Source of the DNA: a virus
Virus record (IMG/VR): IMGVR_UViG_3300046690_000339
Span: 1-64,000 of that record
Length of the DNA: 64,000 nucleotides
Direction: 5' to 3' (one strand)
Position 1 is the first letter of the stretch. Every line of letters starts with the position of its first letter. Below, piece by piece: positions 1 through 9,600 of this stretch. Position numbers and translations under genes: made by a program. A model generated the notes under the pieces. That model was not told the DNA's origin. It was given only the letters and a program-made list of their open reading frames with translations, and ran no database searches.

Positions 1-69
1 AGTCGTCTTACCCGTAACCTTGTTTTTCGCTCAGGGTCCCCCGATTTACTAGCGACGATTTCCTTACGC

Positions 70-285
70 CTACTCCTGTACTAGCACCCAACTGGAGGTT
101 GCTCGAGCCGGACAAAACTGGGTGGTGGAATGGTGGGCGATGAATGATTCTCCGCACTTCTCGCATGACTTGGCCTTCCGGAAAGGTCCACGTTTCGCAT
201 CTCGGGATTTTGTTCGACAGCGCGCGTTGCAATACTTCCGCTTGTGCCCGTCGAACCCAGCCCCACAGTCCTTACATTCCTGCAT
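70..285 (-). pseudogene. Zn-finger N-terminus of an HNH-type endonuclease, apparently truncated
   Basis: CxxC...YCNARC and CEKCGESF...TQFC repeats typical of phage HNH N-termini. The pattern breaks after TQFC (about 110) and no HNH domain follows. Confidence 0.45.
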
Positions 286-286
286 A

Positions 287-550
287 TTATCGCGCTCTGC
301 GTATCCCCTGCGCACACTCCACCCCCGTTGAACTCATCTGCTTCTTGTTCTTTCCACCCGGGTGACGACCGGCACCGAGGTTGCGGCTAACCGTTCGTGG
401 TTGCATGCCGTTGAGCGCGTGTCTTCTCATGTGATCGTCCATCGATGACTCCGGAAAGATTACGGTTTTCATTATGCACGTGCTGCACACCGAGCCAGTA
501 ACTATCTGATGGCCGACACGGATCTGTCGCCGTTTGGGTCTGCTGTTCAA
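287..550 (-). CDS. hypothetical phage protein
   Basis: 87-aa ORF in the tightly packed minus-strand operon. Confidence 0.5.
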   Translation of the reverse strand: MNSRPKRRQIRVGHQIVTGSVCSTCIMKTVIFPESSMDDHMRRHALNGMQPRTVSRNLGAGRHPGGKNKKQMSSTGVECAQGIRRAR

Positions 551-569
551 CCCTGTTTGGCTCCTTCGT

Positions 570-776
570 TCATTCTGGTTTTTCTTCCTCGATCACGATT
601 CCGTCGAGATCGATCATCAGCTCCAGCGTGAGCAGGCGCGCGTGCCCGAGCTGCGAGTCGAGCCTCCAATTCACTACGCCCTTCAGCTCTAATCCGTCGA
701 GCGAGATCGAATCTCTGCGCGCGATCGCGGAGCTATGCGCAATAATCTTCACCTTGTGGAACTTAAAATTGCTCAT
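570..776 (-). CDS. hypothetical phage protein
   Basis: 68-aa ORF in operon context. Confidence 0.55.
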   Translation of the reverse strand: MSNFKFHKVKIIAHSSAIARRDSISLDGLELKGVVNWRLDSQLGHARLLTLELMIDLDGIVIEEEKPE

Positions 777-786
777 TCGAATATTC

Positions 787-1182
787 TCATTTCAAAATCC
801 TCTCGACGTCGTCGTAATCCGCAGGGTGCCAGACATAGGTCTCAGCACCAGGACAGCGGGACAGCAGATCAAACCAGTCCTGCTGGTCCTTGTCCCTGAT
901 CTTTTCGCCGTCTCTCTTGCACTCCACGAATAGGATGCGAGGAGGTCTGACGAGGACCGTATCGAGAAACCCTTTGCCGTCGCCCTCGACTGCGGTGCGA
1001 TAGATGAAGCCTTTTCCTTTGCAGAAGCGACAATCTGGATAGAGCCCGACGCGGCCCTTGCAGCGCTTGCACTTGGCGAGGGATGGGCGGAAGTGGCAAG
1101 CCTTCCAGCCAAACCACCTCCCGAGATTAATCACCTGATGCTGCCAAACTGTTTCAGCTATTACAGGTCGCCCGTTTTTCAC
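787..1182 (-). CDS. VRR-NUC domain nuclease (resolvase-like)
   Basis: ETVWQHQVI...GW...H, GFLDTVLVR...FVECKR...QQDW...VWHP motif. Start is uncertain. Confidence 0.8.
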   Translation of the reverse strand: MKNGRPVIAETVWQHQVINLGRWFGWKACHFRPSLAKCKRCKGRVGLYPDCRFCKGKGFIYRTAVEGDGKGFLDTVLVRPPRILFVECKRDGEKIRDKDQQDWFDLLSRCPGAETYVWHPADYDDVERILK

Positions 1183-1786
1183 GGAGGCAAACCTTGCAGT
1201 ACGCAACAAGATTCGTTCCTTTCCGAATGTAAGCCTCGGATCGAGGATGACCTTTTCGGCAAACACCCTGTTTATGCAAAGAGGCAAGAGGATGATCACC
1301 ACGCAGGAAATTGACGCGTTGTGGAACAGCTTCTAAATGATCTGGGTTGCAGCAAACTCTAATTTTGCAGAGATGATCCAACACCAACCCTGCGGCGACC
1401 ACGCCGTTTTTATGCTCGTAAGCAATTATGTGAGCATGGCGATGCCCGCTGCCCGTGTTTATATGACCATAACCACCCTCGGTTTTCGCACCATTCCAAA
1501 TCCAGCAGCCGTTTTTGTCGCTGGTTTTCCAATAGCTTATTATCCGCTCTCTCTCGTCAGATGTAAACGGATCAGGTTTCTGTCTTGGCATACGCGGCCA
1601 CTTCAACAATGAAAACGGATCATCGCGCGCTTTATCGAGATTGGCGACACCGAGCTGAATGCCGCCCTCCAGAATCTTTGCGCTATTGGAGACTCCGAAT
1701 AGCTGGTGAAGTCGTGTCTGTTTCTTAACACCAAAGTGTGTCTTTATTGCGTCAAGAAACTGCTGCTGTCGCTCGACGAGGTTCAT
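1154..1786 (-). CDS. chimeric ORF: unknown N-terminus + tyrosine-integrase-like fragment + HNH endonuclease
   Basis: C-terminal GCWIWNG...GYG...AH...DHLCK...CCNPDHLEAV...N is an HNH. The middle KWPRMPRQKPDPFTSDERERII resembles a phage integrase segment. Confidence 0.6.
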   Translation of the reverse strand: MNLVERQQQFLDAIKTHFGVKKQTRLHQLFGVSNSAKILEGGIQLGVANLDKARDDPFSLLKWPRMPRQKPDPFTSDERERIISYWKTSDKNGCWIWNGAKTEGGYGHINTGSGHRHAHIIAYEHKNGVVAAGLVLDHLCKIRVCCNPDHLEAVPQRVNFLRGDHPLASLHKQGVCRKGHPRSEAYIRKGTNLVAYCKVCLREKRATCNS

Positions 1787-2219
1787 TCGCCCACCTTATA
1801 GCCCTTTGCTGAAGGACATTCTTTCGCCATCAGAGGTGGCACTGCATTTCCGATTTGACGAAATGCGGGATTCATCGTGGTCCGCCGATAACCACATCAA
1901 ATGCTTCAGCCGTACGTCCCAGATCAAGCTCACGTACTAAGTCTTTCGGAGTCGTGCGCGTAATGTCACGCGGTAACGAATGCATTGGATTTCCGGCGTG
2001 GAAATTACGGCCGTGTGACGCCGCTGCACTGTCATCATTTTCAACAGCCCCGCGAATTACAAATCCCGCAGCAGCAAATCCCAATGACAAGCCGCCACAT
2101 CCCGAAAAGAGATCCAAGACGCGCGGCATTCCATCTCCTGCGAGTCGCTCGATTTTGCGGTGAATGGCTGCGATTTCCATAGTTGATTCAGGAACGTGCG
2201 TTTTCAGGTATCTCTTCAC
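1783..2219 (-). pseudogene. C5-cytosine DNA methyltransferase with internal deletion
   Basis: Motif I (VLDLFSGCGG) runs to GGP, then joins out of frame to C-terminal motif X (FRQIGNAVPPLMAK, about 1815-1865). The catalytic PCQ and the core are missing. Confidence 0.8.
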
Positions 2220-3411
2220 TCACGCGTGACCCTACAGCCCCGGTTAAGGGCAATGCGGCTTGAACCGGTACCGTTTTAGTTGCACTCTGAGCAGCCAAAA
2301 CTGGCTCAAAAACATGGGCAGCAAGATGGCGTACTACCGGAACAACGACACCATCCCCCGTTAGATGATACGCCTCATTGTAGTTCCCTGGCAGATCGTA
2401 ATCGTCGGGAAGGCCCATTAGGCGCGCGGTTTCGCGTGTTGAAATTAATCTTGATTTTACCGATCGCCCGTCCACCACAACGATAACCTGCCGACTTGAC
2501 CCACCGGCGGGAGTTCTCAGACAACCCGCAACATCATCGAAACGGACCTCCGCTCGCTGCACCTTGTCGCCGTCCTCATCATGGCGAGTTCGTTTGTAAA
2601 CGGTTCCGACCATGCGCCGGCCCATGCGCTTTGCTATTTCAACTTTCTTCAGATTGATATCGCTCATCATTGCAAGCAATTCGCGGGTTTCCGCTGCTGT
2701 ACGCCATTCAACGCTGGTTGGATTGTCTTCTATGATATCGACGAATCGGTTCTTGCGCTTCGCCGGTTCTGGAAAATTCCACCAAACCCAATTGTTCTTC
2801 ATCTTGGCGGGCAGCCGTTCGTATGCCGCTCGAAGGGCGCGAGTGTGCCATCGTTCTGATGGTTCCCCTGATAACGCGACTGGCAATTCACAGCCTTCTT
2901 TGACGCCGATGACGAAAAGCCTTGGTCGTGATTGCGGTACGAAGAGTGCGGCGTCGATTACAACTGCTCCGAACTTGTAACCTTCCTGTTGGAAGGCGGA
3001 GCAAATTGTGGTGAAGTCTTTGCCACCGTGCGATGTGATCGTTCCGCAGACGTTCTCCAATGCGATTATCGATGGGGCGCGATCTTCCTTGATGAGAGCC
3101 TTCATGAGATTCCAAAAAGGCCAGAACGTGCCGGAACGCTCGCCTTTTAGCCCAGCGCCAGCACCCGCAAGCGACAAGTCCTGGCATGGGAAAGAGGCCC
3201 AAACCATATTCGCTTTGTCAGGTAGGTCACCCAGAACCAAAGAAGTTACATCTGCTGCCTTGAGGATGCCCTTGCCCCAATTCTTTTCATATATCCGTGC
3301 TTTCTTGAAATCAAAATCGTTAGAAAAAAGGCAGCTCCACTCTTTACCAAGACCGGCACGCGCCATTCCAGCGCCCGCGAAAAATTCGTAAAATGTTAGC
3401 CCCGGTTTCAA
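2188..3411 (-). CDS. C5-cytosine DNA methyltransferase
   Basis: EFFAGAG, FPCQDLS, ENV, PQSRPR, RETARLMG and GDGVVVP motifs. Confidence 0.93.
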   Translation of the reverse strand: MKPGLTFYEFFAGAGMARAGLGKEWSCLFSNDFDFKKARIYEKNWGKGILKAADVTSLVLGDLPDKANMVWASFPCQDLSLAGAGAGLKGERSGTFWPFWNLMKALIKEDRAPSIIALENVCGTITSHGGKDFTTICSAFQQEGYKFGAVVIDAALFVPQSRPRLFVIGVKEGCELPVALSGEPSERWHTRALRAAYERLPAKMKNNWVWWNFPEPAKRKNRFVDIIEDNPTSVEWRTAAETRELLAMMSDINLKKVEIAKRMGRRMVGTVYKRTRHDEDGDKVQRAEVRFDDVAGCLRTPAGGSSRQVIVVVDGRSVKSRLISTRETARLMGLPDDYDLPGNYNEAYHLTGDGVVVPVVRHLAAHVFEPVLAAQSATKTVPVQAALPLTGAVGSRVSEEIPENARS

Positions 3412-3550
3412 GTGGTTCCCCTTTGTCGGAGTATGAGCGGAAGCTGTAGGTCACCAGTTCTGTGACGCTCAAGAAATTCACGGATGGCAACCAGCTCGGC
3501 GTCGAACACGTGGCCGCAGTCACAACTTATGCGCGTGGTTGAGATTCTCA

Positions 3551-4135
3551 TCATGCCCTCGCCGGCATCACGGCGCCGGTCACCCTGTCCATGCCCGCCG
3601 CGCTAGCTTCGATCTTGACGGGATCCTCCTCGCCTGCATAGTACATGTGAAACGTTTCGACCCCGACCGCCCTCAGCGCCTTGAGGAGCTTCTCTAGTGT
3701 CTCGACCTTGAACGCGATTTCGCCGATCTTTTCCTGCTTTTGTTCAAGATGCGACTCATACGTGAACAGATCGAGCTGTGCCGTGGGCAGGAATTTATAT
3801 CTGCCGACCGATATCGCCAGCGGCCCGTCTCCATGGGAGACCGTAATCGTGGCGGCTTCGCCGGTTAGAGCCTTCGCTTTGAGAATCTGCGCGCACATCT
3901 CAGACTCGACCGTGAACGGCTCCTTGATGTCGAATTTCTCGGCCGGGATGAGCTTTAAAAGCATGTGACCGTCGGTCGCCATCGCGGAGCTCGGCTCGAT
4001 TCTCACACAGCGGAGCTGTGTCCGCTCCTCATCCGTGCTGGCTGCTTTCCAGAGCGCGAAGATTTGCGCTGGTAGGGCTTTGAACTCCTCGACTTTCTCG
4101 GCTATTTTTTCGTCGGCTTTCTTTGTTTTAGGCAT
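3551..4135 (-). CDS. beta-clamp-like phage protein
   Basis: RTQLRCVRI...ATDGHML and a C-terminal GAVMPAR, resembling DnaN domains. Confidence 0.55.
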   Translation of the reverse strand: MPKTKKADEKIAEKVEEFKALPAQIFALWKAASTDEERTQLRCVRIEPSSAMATDGHMLLKLIPAEKFDIKEPFTVESEMCAQILKAKALTGEAATITVSHGDGPLAISVGRYKFLPTAQLDLFTYESHLEQKQEKIGEIAFKVETLEKLLKALRAVGVETFHMYYAGEEDPVKIEASAAGMDRVTGAVMPARA

Positions 4136-4388
4136 CGCTTCTCCATGCGTTTTCTCTGACTGCTTCCCTTAAAAGTTTTAGCTGTCCGATGAAGTGCTTG
4201 ATGTCGTCCATGCAGCCGACGTTAAACACAGCGTTGCCTGTCGGCAGAAAACAATACTGACGCCATGGCGGATACCAGCGGACTTCGCCCAACTTGAAAT
4301 CGCTGTGGTTATTGAGGCAGGCGAACACGGCTGTCTTTTCCTTGCGCTCAGTCTCCACGAAATGAATGAATTTGTAGCGGCTGGTCAT
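4128..4388 (-). CDS. conserved phage protein
   Basis: LGEVRWYPPWRQYCF...FNVGCMDDI motif. Confidence 0.6.
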   Translation of the reverse strand: MTSRYKFIHFVETERKEKTAVFACLNNHSDFKLGEVRWYPPWRQYCFLPTGNAVFNVGCMDDIKHFIGQLKLLREAVRENAWRSDA

Positions 4389-4641
4389 GGGTTCGTCCTT
4401 GCCATCATCGCTCGCAATTTGTCCGCGAAACTTAACCGCCGCTTGTGCTGCCCTGGCTCCAACTGATGGCCTTTTTTGGCTTTAGAGTGACGACGTTTTT
4501 TTTTCTGTTCGTTGTATGCGTAGCTCATCCTCGCTTCTTTCTAGCTGGGATTGTTCAGGCGGTCTTTCCGCCAAGTGACCGAGCGCCGATTCTGGAAACT
4601 CCCACAGGCCCAGCGAGCCACTGCAGGTAAACCTCCTTGCA

Positions 4642-6387
4642 CTACTCTAAAAAGAGCACTGATTTTGCCTTGGCCGTTCCCGGCTGCGGATAGTCGATCA
4701 GGCCGAGACTCCTCAACGATCCTAGATTGTTAAAATAACCGCCCGAGGTCGGCGATACGCCGAGCTGCTTGGCCAGCGCGTCTTTCTGTATGGCGTCCGG
4801 ATATGCGTCGATCAGCGCTTTCAAAATCCGCCATTTGGCCGCCGGCAATCTGGCGCTAAGCGATTGGTGGAGTTCAGTCGTATTCGTCGGCACACCGTCT
4901 GTGTTCGCTACGGCTCTTCCGGCATCGGTAAGCATTGCGGTCCCGCCGCTTGGATATTCGATGAGATTATCTGATCGCAATGCGCCCAAGTTGTTAAAAT
5001 AACCGCCGCTGGTAGGGCTGACACCGACCAATAGCGCGAGCTGCGTTTTATCGGCGGTGGTTACTCCGATCCCTTCCAGAAATGCGAGCCCGTTTAGAAT
5101 CTTTTGCTTGGCGGGTGGAAGTTGGCCGGCGACCGCCTCTTTAACGCGCCGTATTGATTCAGGCGAGACCATCATCGGCTTTCGGCCATTGTGCGTAATG
5201 ATCGGCCGAGATTGCGAAAGCTTGAATTCCGAGACGGCTTTGCGGATTTGCGCGACGTATTCTTTTAGATCCCTGAGATTATCGTTGGCCTCGGCTACGC
5301 CGCTCATAGCATCGCTCAGCGTGGTTTGGATCGTGCGGAATTGTTGCTCGTCTATCACCGGCACCTTGACTTCGACCGGCTCTTTGACGACTTGCGGCGC
5401 GGTGGCCGGCGTGGCTTTTAACTGCTTCTCCAGTTCGGCGATCTTTTTCCTGAGCTCGCGCGGGTCGTCGGCTTTGGCGCGCTCGATGGTCGCCGCCATC
5501 CGGAGCGTGAGTGCCTCTAAGTCAACGTCGGCAAGGTTCTTGGGTTGGACCCTCTTTTCGCCCGGTTTGGGCGTCGCGCCGCTGTCGAACGTCTCGATCG
5601 GTAGGACATGGACCCGCTTGAATATGCCCGCCGTTGTCGGCCAGCCCGGTGACCAGAACCACGCATCGCCGACCGGCAATGACGGCAAGGACTCCATCAG
5701 TGTCTTGCGCTGTTCGGGCTCGCCGTGCACCTGTATCCAGGCATCCATTGCGGCAAGATCCTGCGGCGCGATGGTGCGCAGCGCGACCAGCATTTGCGCC
5801 TGGGTCAGCACATTTTTATTGAGAACAGCGGAGCGCTGCGTTACCAAGACACAGCCGATGCCGCGCTGACCACCTCGACGGACGATGTCTTCGGCGGCGC
5901 CGAGCATGCGCTCCTCGCCCTTTTGAGGCTTCTGCGGTGCGATCGCGTCGGCCTCGTCGATCACGAGCATCATCGGCGTGCGGTAGATTTCACGCGCTTT
6001 TAGCCTGTAAAGGTTTTCGAGAAACGCGGTCATGAAGGTGGCGACCTCGTGCTTACGGAACAATGAAACATCGAGCAGGATGCTGACCTGCTCCTCGACC
6101 ACGAGTTTGGCGACAATCTCGCCGCCGCTCGATTCTAGGGGTACGTCGCCGCGCTCGCCGCCCAGGATGACGATTGGCAGTCCGGGGTTCTTGCCGTCGG
6201 CGGTGGACCGGATGCCCCATTGATCGCCTTTTGGATCCACCAAGACGACTTGCTGGCCTGATTCAAATAATTGCTCGACCAGCCTCCGCATGGCGTAGCT
6301 CTTCCCCGCGCGCCGCTTGGCCAGGATCGCGATCGTCTGCGTGACGGTGTCGACCGGGAGAGTTAGGTTTTTAGCGAGTTTCAGCAC
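4642..6387 (-). CDS. HerA/DUF87-like P-loop ATPase with two C-terminal winged-helix-like repeats
   Basis: Walker A AKRRAGKS, DPKGD, Walker B VIDEAD and TQR motif; repeated GVSPTSGGYFNNLGxLRS. Confidence 0.8.
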   Translation of the reverse strand: MLKLAKNLTLPVDTVTQTIAILAKRRAGKSYAMRRLVEQLFESGQQVVLVDPKGDQWGIRSTADGKNPGLPIVILGGERGDVPLESSGGEIVAKLVVEEQVSILLDVSLFRKHEVATFMTAFLENLYRLKAREIYRTPMMLVIDEADAIAPQKPQKGEERMLGAAEDIVRRGGQRGIGCVLVTQRSAVLNKNVLTQAQMLVALRTIAPQDLAAMDAWIQVHGEPEQRKTLMESLPSLPVGDAWFWSPGWPTTAGIFKRVHVLPIETFDSGATPKPGEKRVQPKNLADVDLEALTLRMAATIERAKADDPRELRKKIAELEKQLKATPATAPQVVKEPVEVKVPVIDEQQFRTIQTTLSDAMSGVAEANDNLRDLKEYVAQIRKAVSEFKLSQSRPIITHNGRKPMMVSPESIRRVKEAVAGQLPPAKQKILNGLAFLEGIGVTTADKTQLALLVGVSPTSGGYFNNLGALRSDNLIEYPSGGTAMLTDAGRAVANTDGVPTNTTELHQSLSARLPAAKWRILKALIDAYPDAIQKDALAKQLGVSPTSGGYFNNLGSLRSLGLIDYPQPGTAKAKSVLFLE

Positions 6388-6714
6388 TTAATCGTCGCCT
6401 TCGTTCTCCCCGTAGTCCATTGGCAGCCGCCGCTGCGGGTTGAGAATTTTATCCAACGACGGAATGTAAACGCTGATCGGCGCCGGCCTGATCTGTGCCA
6501 GAGCTGCGCGCGCTACTTGCTCGCCGCATGGCGTCATCGAATAGATCGCGCCTTGGCCGTAGAACTTTGTGAACGCCGGCTGGCCGTCACACTCCGGCAC
6601 GTCGACACGGATAAACGAGCAGCCGACGATGCTGGCCTCAGTCACTTTGCCCGCGATCTGCGTATGGCCGAAGATTTCGATGATCGCCCACGATTCGAAT
6701 TTCTCAGACTCCAT
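6388..6714 (-). CDS. conserved phage protein
   Basis: WAIIEIFGH...AG...FIRVDVP...AIYSMTP motif. Confidence 0.6.
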   Translation of the reverse strand: MESEKFESWAIIEIFGHTQIAGKVTEASIVGCSFIRVDVPECDGQPAFTKFYGQGAIYSMTPCGEQVARAALAQIRPAPISVYIPSLDKILNPQRRLPMDYGENEGDD

Positions 6715-6729
6715 TTTCTAGCCCTCCTG

Positions 6730-7308
6730 TCATTCAGCATCTCCAAACAGCGACCGGATTTTAGACGCCCTTTCCTGTATGTACTTCCGCTCCTCCTCGG
6801 GAGGCTCCGGCGGTGCCGGCGCTTCGTACCTTTCCATCTTCTCGCGGATTGTCGCCCTCAATTCCCTTTGACTCTGAGCAGCTATGTCCCAGCCCTTTCC
6901 AGGCCAGCGTTGATCGAGCTCCAGATAGGCGTCGACTGGATCGCGTTTCGACTCCAAGAACCGCAGCACGGTTCTAAGCGCGTCCTCTCCCTCGGTGATT
7001 TTTTGTGGATCGCGGGCCTCGAGCTGTTCCCCCAGCTGGGTGATCGGTTTTCTGGGCTCGGAGTCTTTCACCTTCTGCCAGAGCTTCTCCCTGCCCTCGG
7101 TAACAAAGCCGCGCATACGCTCTTTGCTGGGAAACATGCCGGGAGGCATCTTGTCGCAGGCAAGGTTCGCGGCCTCGAAGAAAATCTCGTCGTGCTCTTT
7201 CTGGAAGTCCTCCCACCAGTCAATGCGGACCTGCGGGTCGAGGTGGCCGGTCTTGCCGTGGTATTTCTCAACCCATGTAAAACACTCGTTGAATGTCTGT
7301 TCGGTCAT
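6730..7308 (-). CDS. replication-associated protein (helicase loader-like position)
   Basis: Coupled directly downstream of the initiator-like gene. Confidence 0.45.
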   Translation of the reverse strand: MTEQTFNECFTWVEKYHGKTGHLDPQVRIDWWEDFQKEHDEIFFEAANLACDKMPPGMFPSKERMRGFVTEGREKLWQKVKDSEPRKPITQLGEQLEARDPQKITEGEDALRTVLRFLESKRDPVDAYLELDQRWPGKGWDIAAQSQRELRATIREKMERYEAPAPPEPPEEERKYIQERASKIRSLFGDAE

Positions 7309-8099
7309 GGCTGCGCCTTGGCCTTCGCACGTTTAGCGTTCTCAATCGCCCTTTGCCTGATCTCGGCCCGGTTCATAATCAGAGGTGTTGCCACCGGCTC
7401 TTTGTCAGGCTCGTAGAGGTCCATCCAGCCGCTGCGCACGGCTTTTTCCACTATCTTGGTCGGGTCATGGCCTTTGTCCTGGGCATCGGACAAAAACTTG
7501 TAAATCATCTCGACTTGAAAGATCGTTAAACGCTTGCCTTCGCCCTTCCAGAACCGCTCAAGACGGTTCCACATATCCCAGCCGCAAATCTTCGCCGGAT
7601 GCTTTTCGAGTCCTAGGTCATTGTCTATGACTAGCTCCGCGCGCGCGCGAAGAGGGGGCGCGCCAGCGCACCCGATAGAAGATGAAGGGGAATGTGAAGG
7701 GGAAGGGGAAGGGGAAGCGCTGTTTTCCGCACTTTCCCGCTGATTTCCGCTGGTGTTGATTTCATTGAGTTTTGGCGTTTCGCGCCGGTTCTGCTTACCC
7801 ACATAGCTCTGATACTTGTAGAAAATTTCGGACGGAAAGAAGTAATAACCCTCCTCATCAATGCCCATCAGTCGCTCCAGAACCAGCTCGGCAAAGGCAC
7901 TCGCCATGTCGGCGCTGGTGCGGTTTTGGCGACCTGGAAAGATTAGAAGCCGCAACTCCTCAGGATCGCGTTTAGGCAGTCTGCAATCATCCCTGGCGTG
8001 CGGTACGCACCAGGTGTAGAGCAGTGCCGCGAATTCCGATACGCGGTTGAGCTTCCCCTCAATCGACAAATCAGTGCTTATTTTTCGGCAGCGTGCGAT
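7305..8099 (-). CDS. phage replication initiator / replisome organizer-like protein
   Basis: xARCRKIS...LLYTWCVPHARDDCR N-terminus and SPSPSP linker. The family-like N-terminus begins at an ATC codon (8099). Confidence 0.65.
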   Translation of the reverse strand: MARCRKISTDLSIEGKLNRVSEFAALLYTWCVPHARDDCRLPKRDPEELRLLIFPGRQNRTSADMASAFAELVLERLMGIDEEGYYFFPSEIFYKYQSYVGKQNRRETPKLNEINTSGNQRESAENSASPSPSPSHSPSSSIGCAGAPPLRARAELVIDNDLGLEKHPAKICGWDMWNRLERFWKGEGKRLTIFQVEMIYKFLSDAQDKGHDPTKIVEKAVRSGWMDLYEPDKEPVATPLIMNRAEIRQRAIENAKRAKAKAQP

Positions 8100-8101
8100 G
8101 G

Positions 8102-8293
8102 CTACGCCTTCTTCCCAAAAGTCTGCTCGAAAACCTTGATCGCATCATCGTTAGTCTCGACAACTTGAGCAGCCCTGGTACGGCGCCAGCGTTCCAAGGC
8201 TTTGAGTGCGATCAGCCCGCAGTTACGCGAGCAGTATTGATGCGCAATTTGACTGAGCGCTTCGATTAAGTCTTCGACTTGGTCCATCCTCAT
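8102..8293 (-). CDS. hypothetical protein
   Basis: ORF with GAGGAG SD. Confidence 0.5.
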   Translation of the reverse strand: MRMDQVEDLIEALSQIAHQYCSRNCGLIALKALERWRRTRAAQVVETNDDAIKVFEQTFGKKA

Positions 8294-8375
8294 CTCCTCA
8301 TAGCGGCCAGCAGTTTCCCTACTTGCAGCCCTACTGCTGCTGCGTAAAGCCGATGACCGTGGGCGTGTTGGCCGG

Positions 8376-8567
8376 TCACTCGGCGCCGCCGATCTCCTCG
8401 ATTGATTGAATCCGCACCGCCCCTTTGAGCGTTAACGCCATTTGCATGACGGCGCTTGTGCACGGAGCCCGGTATTCCCGCAGGACAACCCTTTCCTGTC
8501 TGTGCACAAGGCAGACGACTGCCACGCGCCAGAGCTTGCGCGGCGCCGGCTTACGTACTGGCATCAT
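8376..8567 (-). CDS. hypothetical protein
   Basis: ORF overlapping the end of the exonuclease gene. Confidence 0.45.
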   Translation of the reverse strand: MMPVRKPAPRKLWRVAVVCLVHRQERVVLREYRAPCTSAVMQMALTLKGAVRIQSIEEIGGAE

Positions 8568-9600
8568 AATCCGCCGAGGATTTATCGATGGCCGCCGTCT
8601 CGTCGAGCTTCTCTATCGAGAGCCCGAGATATTTCTCCGTGTGAGCCTCCACGGCCGGCTGAGCCTTCATGCGTCTTGACTTCTCGTCAGCGCAGACCAG
8701 AAAATCCCCGATGATCCATTTGTCGTTGGGCTTCATCGCGGCCTTCAGTGTCGTCTTGATCTCTTTATCGAGGTGGTCGTACTCCGTCGCAGCCGCGTCG
8801 AGCTCCGAGCGCCGACTGATCTTGTAGGAAAGCTCGGGGTCATTGACCGCTGCCATGCCTTCGCCAGAAAAGAACGGAGGCAAACAAACTCTTTTAAAAC
8901 TCCAACATTTTAAACAGACAGAGGGATCATCATGGAATGGCGGCAGTGATGACAACTCATCAGCGCCAGCCCGGATGGCCTCAATAGATTCAACCGCAGT
9001 TTCAAGTTGACGGAGTATCCTTTCCATCATTTCCCAATCCAAGGGAACTTCAATAAATTTCCACTTGCCGAGCATGTTATCGAGCCATAGAAACCCGATG
9101 GCGATGTCGTTCATGTACTGATAAACCATGATTTGCTTCACGTATTTACAAAAAAAGGGGTGAGCAAGAAGATCATCGACAGTGTCAAATCGGTCAAAAA
9201 TAGAAGGGTGCATCGTCTTCAAATCAAACGGAACCAACTGTTTCCCGATCTGGATTTTGCCATCAATCTTGCCGCGCAATAGCAAACGCCCCTTCGCGTC
9301 TTTCAATTCAAATGCGCGCTGTTGCTCTACTGGCCTGATACCAAGACTAAGCATCTTCATGTTTGCGATATTTTCTTGCTCGGTTCCGGCTTCCAATCGA
9401 GCCAGTAGATCAAGACCGAAGGCAGGCCGATCTTCCCAATGAAGTACTCCAAGTGCGGTCTCGCGAGCACAATTGGAGATGTCACTTGCTATCGGGTTAT
9501 TGCGCGGCCATTTAGCCGCCCTTAGCGAGAGTTGTTCTTCGCGCTTTTTCTGAACTTCTTCGAAGAAGGGCTCTAACATTTCCGATCCTCCATTCTCCAC
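8551..9600 (-). CDS. Cas4-like PD-(D/E)XK exonuclease
   Basis: ASDISNCAR, GKIDG...FDLKT, QxxxY and C-terminal CxxCxFxxxC. Confidence 0.8.
   Translation of the reverse strand: MENGGSEMLEPFFEEVQKKREEQLSLRAAKWPRNNPIASDISNCARETALGVLHWEDRPAFGLDLLARLEAGTEQENIANMKMLSLGIRPVEQQRAFELKDAKGRLLLRGKIDGKIQIGKQLVPFDLKTMHPSIFDRFDTVDDLLAHPFFCKYVKQIMVYQYMNDIAIGFLWLDNMLGKWKFIEVPLDWEMMERILRQLETAVESIEAIRAGADELSSLPPFHDDPSVCLKCWSFKRVCLPPFFSGEGMAAVNDPELSYKISRRSELDAAATEYDHLDKEIKTTLKAAMKPNDKWIIGDFLVCADEKSRRMKAQPAVEAHTEKYLGLSIEKLDETAAIDKSSADYDAST

Noticed and set aside
5057-7416. Long plus-strand ORFs (5057..5869, 6517..7416 and similar elsewhere)
   Set aside because: Antisense shadows of GC-rich minus-strand genes, with no recognisable motifs.
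7684-7717. GAAGGG tandem repeats as origin iterons
   Set aside because: They are explained by the SPSPSP linker codons, and an origin role cannot be supported from the sequence alone.
8551-9600. CRISPR-Cas system
   Set aside because: Only a solo Cas4-like exonuclease in the recombination module; no array or other cas genes seen.
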